Below are positions 44,782 through 56,137 of a DNA stretch of 64,000 bases, one piece after another (the stretch's first letter is position 1; every line of letters starts with the position of its first letter). Under the pieces are notes generated by a model. The model made no database searches. It was given only the letters and a program-made list of their open reading frames with translations, and was not told the origin of the DNA. The stretch comes from an uncultured Nitrososphaerales archaeon. GTDB taxonomy: Archaea > Thermoproteota > Nitrososphaeria > Nitrososphaerales > Nitrososphaeraceae. The DNA lies in assembly GCA_963713605.1 (NCBI GenBank), contig CAVQMO010000005.1, positions 1 through 64,000 of the forward strand, written 5' to 3'. The position numbers and the translations under genes are program-made.

Positions 44782-45637
44782 CTATATTAAGAATCTCCCA
44801 GTAGAAGTTTGAAGGAAATTTTCATCATCAATGATGATCCAAATACCCATTCCTTTTGTATAAACCTATAGTGAAGCTGTGAGTTGATTCTGGGAGATAT
44901 TGAGGGCGATATGAATGAAAAGGAGGATGATGATGATGAAATTATGGTAGCGCTAATTATGATGATGATATTATGCTCAAAGGGACTTAATATTTACTTG
45001 ATTTTGAACCGTAGCTGAACGTTCATTTGGGTGGAATAAAATTGGAAAAGATGAACTTAATCCCTTGCTAATGTCTCGAACCTCTCTCAGAATTTAAAAT
45101 CATACGTGAAAACCACCGTACCATCATTAGCCATAGTCTTACCGTAACCTGGTCACTCGTGATCGTCATGAAACCCCGTATGAAAAGGAAAGCGATGAAA
45201 CGTAATCCTACCGGTCCCATCGCTTAAGAATGTTCATAATTTTGCTGCTGGGAGTTTTACGATGGGTACTACTATATTGAATATTGTATTAGCCTTAGAA
45301 ATCCTATGAGACGTTTCAATATAAGTTGCAGCCTTACAGGAAAGGTGCATCTAGCTGCATCATATATCAAATTCACAGCAGGCAGTTGAAATGGAAATGC
45401 TATATAGGAATTCGGACAGAATTGGATAAGGAAGAAGGTGATAATGCATGAATTTGCCTTAATATTTGAATCGTCATTTTATCATTCTAAGCATACCTCG
45501 TTAGCTTATTCTAAACTATTTTGTCTGCGGGGCAATCTCAGCAGCAGTGGTGTTATGCTCGATATACAAGAGTATTGAACCTTTCTTTAGTCTGAGATAA
45601 TCTTCTGCGCTTTCTTTAGTCTACTTTTTCACTTATA

Positions 45638-46177
45638 CTAGATATTTCTGGTGTGATATTTCTTGCGACCATCACTGGGTTAACTGGAGGGATAATAAGA
45701 GATGTAGTACTATGAAGAATTCCTCCTTCTGGGATTTCAGAACTCTCTTTCGTAAGCATTGCAGTTGTTACAGCAGTGGCCGTTTTTTATCTATATCCTA
45801 GAATCAAAAGTCAAATGGGATTATTTTTGACATTTGATGCAGTCGGATTAGGAGTATTTACCATAATCGAGGCCATAATAGCGCTAAACATCTACGGATT
45901 CAATGTTCTGATGGTCTTTGCAGGCATGATCACGGCGATTGGTGGAGGAATTATCCGTGACGCTTTGGTAAATAGGACACCTCTAGTTTTCAGAAAAGAG
46001 TTGTATGCGTCTATAAGCTTTGTTGGAGTGCTTATGTATGCTCTGCTGGTTTCTGAGGGGATCAATCTAGAAATTTCGAGTATTATTTGCATCATTTTTG
46101 TAACCGTTTTCAGGATCGTGGCAATACATTATAAATGGAATTTGCCTGTAAGAGGAACAAGACAGTTTGTGAAGTAG
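45638..46177 (+). pseudogene. TRIC/UPF0126 family membrane protein, N-terminus lost, in-frame TGA at 45713
   Basis: LDISGVIFLATITGLTGGIIRDVVL*RIPP, then DAVGLGVF and GGGIIRD...ELYAS. Confidence 0.8.
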
Positions 46178-46283
46178 GTTTGTGAGCAGGCGTTCATTTT
46201 AGACCAGGATCTGTTATAACTCCCTCTCCGTCTACCGTTTTATGAAACCTAGCGGTATAACAGGAATCACTAAGAAAGGTTTA

Positions 46284-47393
46284 CTATGGTGAAGGAGCAG
46301 TGGTATTAGTTCCAGTCGCGGCATCACTTTCAGAATGATCAACTGGGTTCCTACTTGTTGGAATCTCTATGAATGGAGTCACTGATTGACCGTTTGCTCC
46401 TGATCCACCACCAACGACCAGAGGCAACTGGCCATCCCATTTCTGGGATTTGAGCCATTCTAAATAGCTAGGACTCTGCCGCAGCTGCTCATCTATTGTG
46501 GTTATAGCTTGTGCTTCACCTTGTGCCTGTAGTACGTTCGCTTGTCTAACTCCTTCAGCTCTAGCAATGTTTGCTTGCTGCTCTCCCACTGCTCTAGCTT
46601 CTGCCTGTTGCGCTTCAATCTCTATTCTACGCAGCTCGTTCTGTGCCTGCAATGCCCTCTGTTGGGCTGCTACTTTTGCCTCTACTGCCCTTACAAACTC
46701 TGGAGAAAATTGGAATTCGGTAATTGAGATTGCATCCACAATGATATTATAGGCTGCAAGTCTGTTCCTAATTTGCTCTTCTATTTGATCCTTTACTGTT
46801 TCCCTTTTTGTAATTAGCTCCTCTGCATTGAATCTAGCAGTCACCTGTTTGACTGATTCTTGAATTGCTGGCACAATTACCCTGTTGGCATAATCCAAGC
46901 CAATTTCCTTGAACACAAGCTGTGCATTATCGGGATTAATGTGATAATTTAGTGCTACCTGTGTTCTGACATCCTGAAGATCTTTGGAAGCAGATGCTGC
47001 ATCTTCTGTAATTTTCTGAGTCCTCACCTCCATCGGAACAACGTTGTCTCGAACAGGAACGACGAAATGGATTCCTTCTTCAAGAGATTTGGTAGTATCC
47101 ACGGCACCAAATGAGAGGAGTACGCCTCGATAGCCCGCATCCACGATCTTTACGCTACCAGTTACAGCTATCGCTACAATGATTATACCTATGACGGCTG
47201 GAACCACGATCTTGATTAGTGGGCTAGAAATTCTGCCACGGCCAGGAGCAGAACCCCTCGAATAGGGTGAACCATGAGGATCTTCAAGAGGTTCTCCTTC
47301 AGGAGTGGTCCTTCGAGATGCTCCGCTGCCGCTCCCACCACCAGAACCATACGGGTTATCATTATCCTTACGCTTAAATGGATTTATTTTCAT
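46284..47393 (-). CDS. Prohibitin/SPFH family protein, paralogue 2
   Basis: Same motifs as paralogue 1, with a longer Gly/Ser/Pro N-terminal tail. Confidence 0.92.
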   Translation of the reverse strand: MKINPFKRKDNDNPYGSGGGSGSGASRRTTPEGEPLEDPHGSPYSRGSAPGRGRISSPLIKIVVPAVIGIIIVAIAVTGSVKIVDAGYRGVLLSFGAVDTTKSLEEGIHFVVPVRDNVVPMEVRTQKITEDAASASKDLQDVRTQVALNYHINPDNAQLVFKEIGLDYANRVIVPAIQESVKQVTARFNAEELITKRETVKDQIEEQIRNRLAAYNIIVDAISITEFQFSPEFVRAVEAKVAAQQRALQAQNELRRIEIEAQQAEARAVGEQQANIARAEGVRQANVLQAQGEAQAITTIDEQLRQSPSYLEWLKSQKWDGQLPLVVGGGSGANGQSVTPFIEIPTSRNPVDHSESDAATGTNTTAPSP

Positions 47394-48131
47394 CGTCCCT
47401 TAAGTCCATGTTCAATGCAGTAAGAAACCAAATTCTGTCTAACCGATCGTATTGAGATAGCACTAGCAGTGAAACCAAATTCATGATTTAATTCAACAAT
47501 TTGCATATATATATGTTAGAACAAGAATCGCTGTTTGCATATTAGTAGAAATCTATCTGAAGAACCTTAAACATCTTACCGACGCTTACCTAACATCATA
47601 CGACTATAGCAGAGCTTAAGTTTCGATGACTATCCATTTTCTATTCCTAATCCAAAATTCTGAAACCATCCTCATAGCGATATTGAAACTAAATGATACT
47701 AATCGATTACTCTGCTAGACTTCCAACATAATGCGGCGAATTATGAGTTCCAATTACTTGGTTTATGAATCCAATATGTTCCTCAGGGGTATTTGGTTTG
47801 CCACATGGATGATTCGAAAAGACGCCTACGAAATCTGGGAAATAAGTTTCTTTATACCGTCGTCATGATCCTTATTGCAGGCGTTATCATCAATTCCACC
47901 CCAAGCCATAATTCATACTATTACTAATACTGGTAGCACTTACATCAAACAGACTTGTGCTACAATAGTGTCAGGGGTCAAGCGGCTTGACAAGAATATA
48001 TTTTCCCCCAATTGATCTTTTCATTGCTAACAAGATACTTTAAGTTATAGGCAACAAGTACCCCACACAAAAATGCAACCCCTCCACTCCGAAAATTGCA
48101 ACATACAAAGAAAGGGACATTTGAAAAAGTT

Positions 48132-50276
48132 CTACTTCTTCTTTGGCTGCGTTTTAAGTTGCTGTTTGAAAATCTCAATTAATTCGTGAACAGATGTCGT
48201 ATCTTCCGGACCCTTATCATCTCTAATCTTACCTGTAAATTTAGGAAATCGCAATGCAAGACCATAACCCTCCCTGATCGAATTGAGCCCAGCTGTGTGA
48301 GCAGGACTTAGTGTTATTTCTGAAGCAATTACTTCGATGACAATCTTTGGTTCAAACCACACATCCATCTGTTCCATCCTCGTGTCGACTCTCGGAGATT
48401 TGTGTCCGATACGCAAACTTTCAAGGCTATTATAGAAGCTTTCAAGATGCTGGTCAGTAAACCCAGTTCCAACCTTGCTCACGCTTCTGAAAAGATCCTC
48501 TTTTTCGTCATATGCTGCCAATAAAAGGGCACCGTATTTCCCCACCCTTCTTCCTCTTCCATACAAGGCGCCCACTATTACTAAATCGAGGGTATCTGCC
48601 AACTCGCTTCGATATTCACGTTTTACCTTCATCCAGAGGTATTCTCTGCTACCGGCTCGATACACGCTCTTCAGGTGTTTAAGCATTATACCCTCGCATC
48701 CCGCATTTATGGCCGAATCCATAAATTTCTGAATCTCTTTTTTATTGCTTGACATAATTTGCGGTATCAGTTGTATCCTGTTTGCACCAGTATCATTTGA
48801 ACCATGTCGTATGCTATCTTTTACTTCCTTGGGGACCAGTCTCAAATCATCTTTACGCGCGAGCAATTTCTCTTGTTGCATTTTGGAGCCGACTCTTTCT
48901 GTCGTTATATTAGTTGCTCTCCTTTCCAGTGGAAGGCTTGCTGTGGCCCCCTCTACAGTAACCAATTTTTCTCCGCGTCCTCTTTTCTTACTTGTTCTCT
49001 TTCCCTTAATATTAGAACTTGTTTTACCATTGCCTACGTCACACTTATCATCAGTACCCGCAATCTCAACAAGCTCTCCTAATATATGTCGCCGTTCTTT
49101 GTAAGGGGAGCTAGTAACTGATTTAGAATTGTTGAACAAGACATCAAATATATTGACTACTACGGGGTAGACTCTTCATTGCTTCTTCAACACCATACTT
49201 CCTCCTTCGATGCATAAGCTCTTGGAATGGGAGAAATTCAGAAGTACTTGGATCAATAGCGACGATTTCCCCCTCTAGTATCACTTTCTTTAGAGTATCC
49301 ATTTTTCTAACAGCCTTCACCACATCTGGGTAGTGGTTTGTAATATTTTCAAGCCGCCTCGAAAAAGCTCTACTCTTTCGTTATCTTTAGCAATGCCGGC
49401 CTTATCCTTACCTTTGTGTATCTGAACTCTCTCCCCATCAAGTTTGTATTCGGCGCCTGCGATTCCGTCCATTCTACCCAGCCCCTCTTCAATGGAAGAT
49501 GCCCTTTCGGCAAGCATTGGTCTAATCGGTTTAAAAAGAGTTATCTGTATTGAGCGAATAGCTTCGATTCCATTTGAGGCCAATTCTCTTGCAATTAGCC
49601 CAAGGTCCCCAGAAACATTATAAGCATTCTCTAATAAGGAACGGTTTGACTTATCGTTGGTAAATGCTATTGATAACGAATCTAAAACAGTAAAGTCAGC
49701 TATCCCTAATCTCAATGTTCCCATAAGAAACTTCATAATGTATCTTGCTTCCCGTGAAGTAGTTTCATTGAGCAGACTGCTAACAAGTCTCAGCTTAGTT
49801 TCTTGTGAGCCTGAACCTGTAGCCCTTGCTATCTTCAACAAAGTTGTGAATACCCTTTCGACAGTCATCTCTTGAGAGAATAAGGTGTTTTGATTTTTTG
49901 TTTCCATTGTCTCTGCAGCCGTATCACCTAAGTCTCCCTTTTTCTGATAAATAGTCACTATATCTGAAACACCCTTCCCAGATGACTGAGCAAGGGCCCG
50001 AATGGCCATCTTTTCTGCCAGGCCCAATTCTATGCCTTCGTAGGGTGGTCCTAGTCTCCCTTGAATTAAGTAAATAACCTTGTCTATAATTTCATTATTA
50101 GTTTCTCTTAGTAATGTAACAAGATGATCTGTAAGAAGTAATCTACTTTTGGTTTCTTCCATCTTTTCAAAAGTGTCAACTAGTTTGGAGAGAAGCAACG
50201 TGTATTTTACAAATTCTCTATGGGGAGAATCTGACTTAAATCTATTAGCATTAGGTTCTGGATCCAATACAATCAT
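48132..50276 (-). CDS. lig: ATP-dependent DNA ligase, two frameshifts (~49365 and ~49175)
   Basis: [12 protein letters not shown] (KxDG), [24 protein letters not shown] and LRFPKF. Confidence 0.95.
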
Positions 50277-51201
50277 ATTCGCAGAGGCAGGTTACCGATT
50301 ACTTCTTAATTTCCAGAGGTTTACCGACAAGTAAAGGAGAACTTCTACGGGAAAATTATTCTCGCAATATTTACGATGTTTTTATCGCCTTTGGCATCAT
50401 TGCAAGTATGTTTCCAGAAGAATTCCATTACCACAAGAATTAGTATATGCCTGCAAAAGTAGTTGTATGCCTGTATAACCATCATTATTTTGTTTGTATC
50501 CGGCGACCCGAAGATTATCAACGGAAAATTGATTGTCTAGAGAGAAAACGACGATCACTCCTAATGCAATCCCCATAAAACCCAAGGTTAATGCATTCAC
50601 CGTATTATTTCCCCGCACCAATCATTACTGATTTTCTTAGTTTATGTGTTTTGTGAGGAATAATGATTGAGTTTTAAATTGATTTGTTTACGAATGCCCC
50701 ATCTAACCTTTAAGTTCTTAATCAAAAATTTGTAGAGATAGTGGAATTAATTCAAAAATGGTTTATCTTGAATAGCTCACGATGTAATGGTCATAGAATT
50801 ACACTCAATACAGTTACCATGATGAGTACCATGTACTGAGACTGACAACTTGCGACGGTATTAATACAATAGCCCAAATAACAACAAAGATCCTCATTAC
50901 GGTAATTATCGCCGCGACCACGGTCTGATAAACTTTGGATACTACTTACTTAGTCCAAATAGAACGACGGTCAGTATATAGATCGTATATGGCCACAGAG
51001 TGCCTACGAAGCAAAAATAAGTATGACGGGAATGACTTTGTTATTACAAGATCCATTCGTTTACAGATGCGGTGGCGAGACCAAATCTTACATTGAAGGC
51101 GTATTGGTTCACAGAGTAAGCTTCCGCAGCTACTTTCTGAATTAAATTCAGGTGTACCCTCGATGCCTATGCGGCAGTGCTATCTCTTGAGGAGATTCCC
51201 G

Positions 51202-52612
51202 TCAGGGAAAGATTTTTGGTAGTTCCGGGAATCCTGGAATTTTAGGAAATTGGAATAAAGGCGGATTGGTTTCTTTCGGCTTTTGTTCTGGATCTTGTTC
51301 TTGTTGGGATGAAGCGGCTATTAACTGCGGCGAGCCTGAAGGCCTTTCTTCAAGAGTGACAATTACATCGACGGTTTTGCCCTCCCGGTTGACTGCTAGC
51401 ACTACTTTGTCTCCCACCTTCTTATTCTCATCGAGATGAGAAATCACATCGTCCATTGACTTGACCGGCTGACCATCTATTTTGGTTACTATATCACCGC
51501 CACTCACAAGCTCCGCGCTACCTCCAAAGCCTTCTTTAACTATTTCACCTCTTATCCCCGCTTTATCTGCTGGACTGTTATCTACAACGGATACTACAGC
51601 CGCACCCTTGTAATTTCTTGTCAGTCCTAAGCTTTCGGCAATAACTGGGGACAAGTCTTTGGCTGTAAATCCTAGCCACGGATGTACATAGCTACCTTTC
51701 TCAACGAGCACAGGGACTTCCTTCGACAGCATATTTGATGGGATTGCAAAACCTACTCCTGAGTAAACTCCTGTGTTTGAATATATGGCTGTATTCATAC
51801 CCACCACTTCGCCATTCATATTAAGCAAAGGTCCTCCTGAGTTACCAGGGTTGATTGCAGCATCTGTTTGTATTGTGTTCGCAATCGAATATCCAGTTAT
51901 ATCATTGGGTAACAATCGACCGATCTGGCTTATCACACCCGTTGTCAAGGTCCCACTCAACCCAAAGGGGTTACCAATTGCGATAATCTGCTCCCCAACC
52001 TGTATCTCTGAGGAATTTGCAATTTTTAGTGGAACTACTCCTTTTCTAAAAAATTCAGGATCCGTAATTTGCAAGATCCCTATATCCGAGTAAGGATCCT
52101 TTCCAACAACCTTTGCAGTGTATGTGTCACCATCTACAAATGTAACATCCACCTCCTCAACATCAGAAACCACATGATGATTTGTTATTATACGTCCATC
52201 ATGATCGTAAACAAAACCAGATCCAAGCGCTACATTGTTCTGAGGAATTTCTCTTCCATTAATTATGACAACTTCATTGGATCCGGGCCTGGTACCTGTT
52301 ATTTGTACGACAGAATTCTCGGTTTTCTTGAAGATTTCAGGTAGCGATATCTGCGATTGAAGACTTCCTGTAGTTAGAATTTTGGTTCCTTCATTTGAGT
52401 TAGATTTCTGCTGCTGAACCCTCAGCACAGGGGAGTCTAATGATGACGCAGCCGGAGGCAGCATATGATGGTGATTGCGCTGGCTCAGTAGTCGAGAGAG
52501 CAGATAAGGTACTGCCGACTAAAAGTGAGATTGATGGAATGAGGTTCCATGTGCCTGCAAAGTATGCACCTACTACGAGAAATAAGACAATAATCCAAAA
52601 ATATCTGGACAC
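51202..52612 (-). CDS. htrA: HtrA/DegP-family serine protease with PDZ domain, frameshifted near 52465
   Basis: N-terminal TM, GSGFV, TNHHV, TDAAINPGNSGGPL and PDZ (SPADKAGI). Confidence 0.92.
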
Positions 52613-52645
52613 ATAGCAAATATTGACACACGATTATTTATATAT

Positions 52646-52659
52646 TGACATTTGGGTCA
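52646..52659. promoter_or_regulatory. TGAC-N6-GTCA inverted repeat next to the htrA TATA box
   Basis: tgacatttgggtca. Minus-strand TATATAAAT at 52636..52644. Confidence 0.5.
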
Positions 52660-52699
52660 CATTCTAATTAAATTAATGTCAGGAACTAATGCCCATTAA

Positions 52700-53506
52700 T
52701 CAAGTTGAAGAAATCTCTTTACGCTGATCGTCTGAAATTGTAGATAGTGATGAATTTAAATCGTCCGCAGGGCCTACTAGACGAATTTGTTCCAGCAGTA
52801 GCAATCCTTTCTCTTCAGATATTATATAATGATAATACATTGGGGGATCATCATTAGATGTGGATTGTTCTGAGTTCAACTTGGTAAAAACTCCTTCATA
52901 GTTAGCCGTGCCAGTCGAATGCGCTTGATTCAGTTCGGAATTGTAAATATTTTCAATCGGAATGGTTTTTCCCTTCTGCATCTCACTGACGAGAGATGAG
53001 CTACCTGGCACACCTTCGTCGAAACCAGCGTATGTTCTACTGCTGGTGGTACTCTGCGAATTTATGATAGTAATAGAACCAATGAACACAAATGTAAAAA
53101 CAAAAATTGTGCTAAGTATTCGTCTTTGTAGTAACCTACGCCATAGATTTATTCCATTAAGCCTTTTCAAATCTGGTTCGTAAGAGTTAATACGCTTGTT
53201 GTTTTGTTTTAAGGGAATGGAATGGTTCTGCTGAATCTCATTTTCCATTATTCTGTTTGCATTGTATTGCTCCGAATCATCCTCGAGTAATTCGAATGCT
53301 GTTCTTCTCATATGTCGGTTTAAAGAGACGTATAATTCAGAGGAGCAATCGGTCAAGCTCAAAAATGACAATAATTGGAGTCTCGATACTGCATCAGCGA
53401 CGAGCGATTTAGAGTGGTCAGGAAAGCCCTCAATTAAGGTTGATAATTTGATAGGACCACAATGTTTGTACAGAATTCGTAGCACTGCTGTCTCTTCAGA
53501 TCTCAT
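52700..53506 (-). CDS. Membrane-anchored protein with N-terminal winged-helix-like domain and extracytoplasmic C-terminus
   Basis: AVLRILYKHCGPIKLSTLI...VADAVSRLQLLSFL, then one TM (ILSTIFVFTFVFIGSITII). Likely start MRSEE at 53506. Confidence 0.6.
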   Translation of the reverse strand: MRSEETAVLRILYKHCGPIKLSTLIEGFPDHSKSLVADAVSRLQLLSFLSLTDCSSELYVSLNRHMRRTAFELLEDDSEQYNANRIMENEIQQNHSIPLKQNNKRINSYEPDLKRLNGINLWRRLLQRRILSTIFVFTFVFIGSITIINSQSTTSSRTYAGFDEGVPGSSSLVSEMQKGKTIPIENIYNSELNQAHSTGTANYEGVFTKLNSEQSTSNDDPPMYYHYIISEEKGLLLLEQIRLVGPADDLNSSLSTISDDQRKEISST

Positions 53507-53545
53507 TCGTCTACAATTTTGGTTTGTATAGAAATATATACCTAT

Positions 53546-53559
53546 TGACACAGTTGTCA
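53546..53559. promoter_or_regulatory. TGAC-N6-GTCA inverted repeat next to a TATA box in the divergent promoter region
   Basis: tgacacagttgtca. TATATA at 53535..53540. Confidence 0.5.
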
Positions 53560-53642
53560 TTTACATTGTAATTCTTGGCACGTTAATTTTTCTGTTCTGT
53601 CAACGAAACAGACAAATATGACAGCATCATTAGTAGTAAATT

Positions 53643-54062
53643 ATGCACATGGACCAAACTACAGCAGAGACCAACGACGATTATGGAGTTTTGTCCAGAA
53701 TATTCAGTTCAAGGGCAGTGGCTCAGATTCTTGATTTCTTTTTTGATCACAAGGAGTTCGACTATTCTGCAAATGAGATTGCGAAGAAGACAGGTTTATC
53801 ATTCAGAACCATTTTTCGAGAAATTCCTGACCTTGAGGATAGGCAACTTATATTCAATACCAGAAGAATAGGCAAGGTTAATATGTACAAACTAAACCTA
53901 GACCTTGGCGCAGTTGCTTCCCTAGAGAAATTTTCATTGCAAATGTCGCAATTTGCAAACAGGAGAGAAAAATCAGTAAAGGCACGATTGAGTGAAAGGG
54001 AAGACCCACTATTACATGATATAGACACTTTGTCAGATAATTTGGTGCATCATACTAAATAA
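53643..54062 (+). CDS. Winged-helix transcriptional regulator
   Basis: QILDFF...DYSANEIAKKTGLSFRTIFREIPDL...TRRIGKVNMYKLN. Confidence 0.85.
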   Translation: MHMDQTTAETNDDYGVLSRIFSSRAVAQILDFFFDHKEFDYSANEIAKKTGLSFRTIFREIPDLEDRQLIFNTRRIGKVNMYKLNLDLGAVASLEKFSLQMSQFANRREKSVKARLSEREDPLLHDIDTLSDNLVHHTK

Positions 54063-54912
54063 TGACCTTAAATGAACCTGTATTTGGTAAAATCGCCAGT
54101 ACATGATTCATGCCTTAGGTGACAATGTTGTCCAGGTTTATTGATTCAAGCTTTTAGAATTATTACAGCGTTAAAAAATATGATTTTTGGGGTTTAAGTC
54201 GTAGAATGACTACGGTTCAATCGGCATTCTCTATGTAAAGCTTGTCACCTATCTTGTATTGAATTTCGCTAATGTAAAACGCTTTGTCGATAACTGGCGT
54301 TGAAAGATTTGCCCCACAGACAGGGACGCTTGAAAACGATTCCTCCTGCTCCTCCTCATTTTCTTGTTCTAGTTGTTGGGTACTCAAGCATTCAACATAC
54401 GTATTCGTGACTTTTAAATTCGATCCTCTTTATTTTGCAATTACAAGTGCATTTTATCAGGTTTTATATGATAATTTCACCTTCGCAAGCCAAAACATAG
54501 AAATCATTACGTTAAGAATTTTAGAGATGCGAGATCAAGGTTGCTGGTTTAACTAATCTGAGATTACTGTTAGACAGAGGTGTTTATTGAACGTTCCATC
54601 AAAACAGTAATTATAATAATGAGATCAATTTGGGAAAAGGAGAAATTCTCCGACTATAGTCAAATCAATAAAATTTTCCTAGAATTGATTCAAGGATCTA
54701 TTGTAGTGTTTGGTTCTAGAGCGAGGAGAATACCCAATGACATTCATACTTGTAACTCTTAACGATATCTGGTACGAGATCACTGAACAAATCCTTTTCC
54801 TGAACCCAGAATAATAGGCCCCGGCAGATTAACTCGAATTGAAATAAAAGGCGATTTTCCACTCAGAAAAGTTATATGGCCATGATAGACAGGAAGTATC
54901 TGACTCTCCCAG

Positions 54913-55518
54913 ATGCTTAACTTTATGAAGCCAATCTCACTTAGAGGTTTTACTATCGTTGGGATCATTTTGGCTTTAACATTTATTTTTTTCTTAAATC
55001 TTTTACAAAGAGATAATTCATTCCTCGCTTACGGACATTTTTTTGGAGAGAACATAACACGTGATGGATATCAAGTTGTATTTCAGCCATTTCCATTTGC
55101 TCCCATGGCCGGGGACAATACAACCTTAAACTTTAGTATTCTTGACGAAGAGAACTTGAACATACACAACATTTTTTCGGCATTAGTAATTACGGATAAG
55201 GAATCTAATGAGACTATAGCCCAAATTCCATACAAGCAATACATGTACAGCGACATAACAATACCTTACAAATTTACTAACAATTCTGAGTACTTGGTCA
55301 CTCTGGAAACAAGAATTATTGGTGATTCAAAATATCAAGCACAACCGTTGACTGCAACATTTGACCTAATCGTTGGGGACCAGACAGCGGTATATTTCAA
55401 AATGATAATGGTATATTTTGTCACTCCCGTTTGCGCAGCGATTATTATTGCTATCTTGATTTACGAGCTTCATTGGAAACGAAAAAAAGCCAGAAAGGGC
55501 AGACCAACTGCTACGTGA
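54913..55518 (+). CDS. Secreted Ig-like (YtkA-like) protein with C-terminal TM anchor
   Basis: Signal ending AYG-H, beta-rich domain, TM helix and basic tail. Confidence 0.6.
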   Translation: MLNFMKPISLRGFTIVGIILALTFIFFLNLLQRDNSFLAYGHFFGENITRDGYQVVFQPFPFAPMAGDNTTLNFSILDEENLNIHNIFSALVITDKESNETIAQIPYKQYMYSDITIPYKFTNNSEYLVTLETRIIGDSKYQAQPLTATFDLIVGDQTAVYFKMIMVYFVTPVCAAIIIAILIYELHWKRKKARKGRPTAT

Positions 55519-56137
55519 CCTTTTGAATTGTATGAATTTATGAATTTATTATCACAAATTTATCCTACCTAGCAACCTGCAACGCAATTGCATGATCCAG
55601 TGAATTCTTATGCTAATCCACTCGAAGTTATGACGATTTTGTATGTTCAAGTTGTCTTTAATGGATGGCAACAATTGAACCTCGATCGGTTCTCTTTTGG
55701 ACATGTTTCGTATTCATTATTATCGCGAATAATAAGGACAAATGAAAAACATAGCAGTGATTGGCCCGTTGGGTAACCCATAGTATGTATAGCCTTAGAC
55801 CAATACTACTAACTTAAGAATGATAATGTGGGGCTAACCACATTCATTCGTTACAGTTGTTTACAGGAAATTCTAAGATTGCCGCTTTATCCTTTAAGAA
55901 AATACATTTCCGATGCATATTCTAATTCTTGTCATACACACCATTGGTTTGGTGAATTGGTCCTAATTATCACTGGATTAATTGGAGAATCAATAGGGAT
56001 TGGGTTTTTTTGCCTGCTGGGTTCAGGTGGGAGTACGGAACAATGTTTAGAGTATGAGATTCTGTCTCCACGGAGTGGGGCTAGAATGAATCAAATAAAG
56101 CCTTACAATACTATAAATTCCATTTTATCCTACAATT

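Noticed and set aside
45190..45226. AAGCGATG...CATCGCTT hairpin as an ncRNA or riboswitch
   Set aside because: It is a single 8-bp stem with no recognisable family features.
48780..49050. Ligase insert as an intein
   Set aside because: It has no intein terminal motifs (C/S start with HN end) and is low in complexity.
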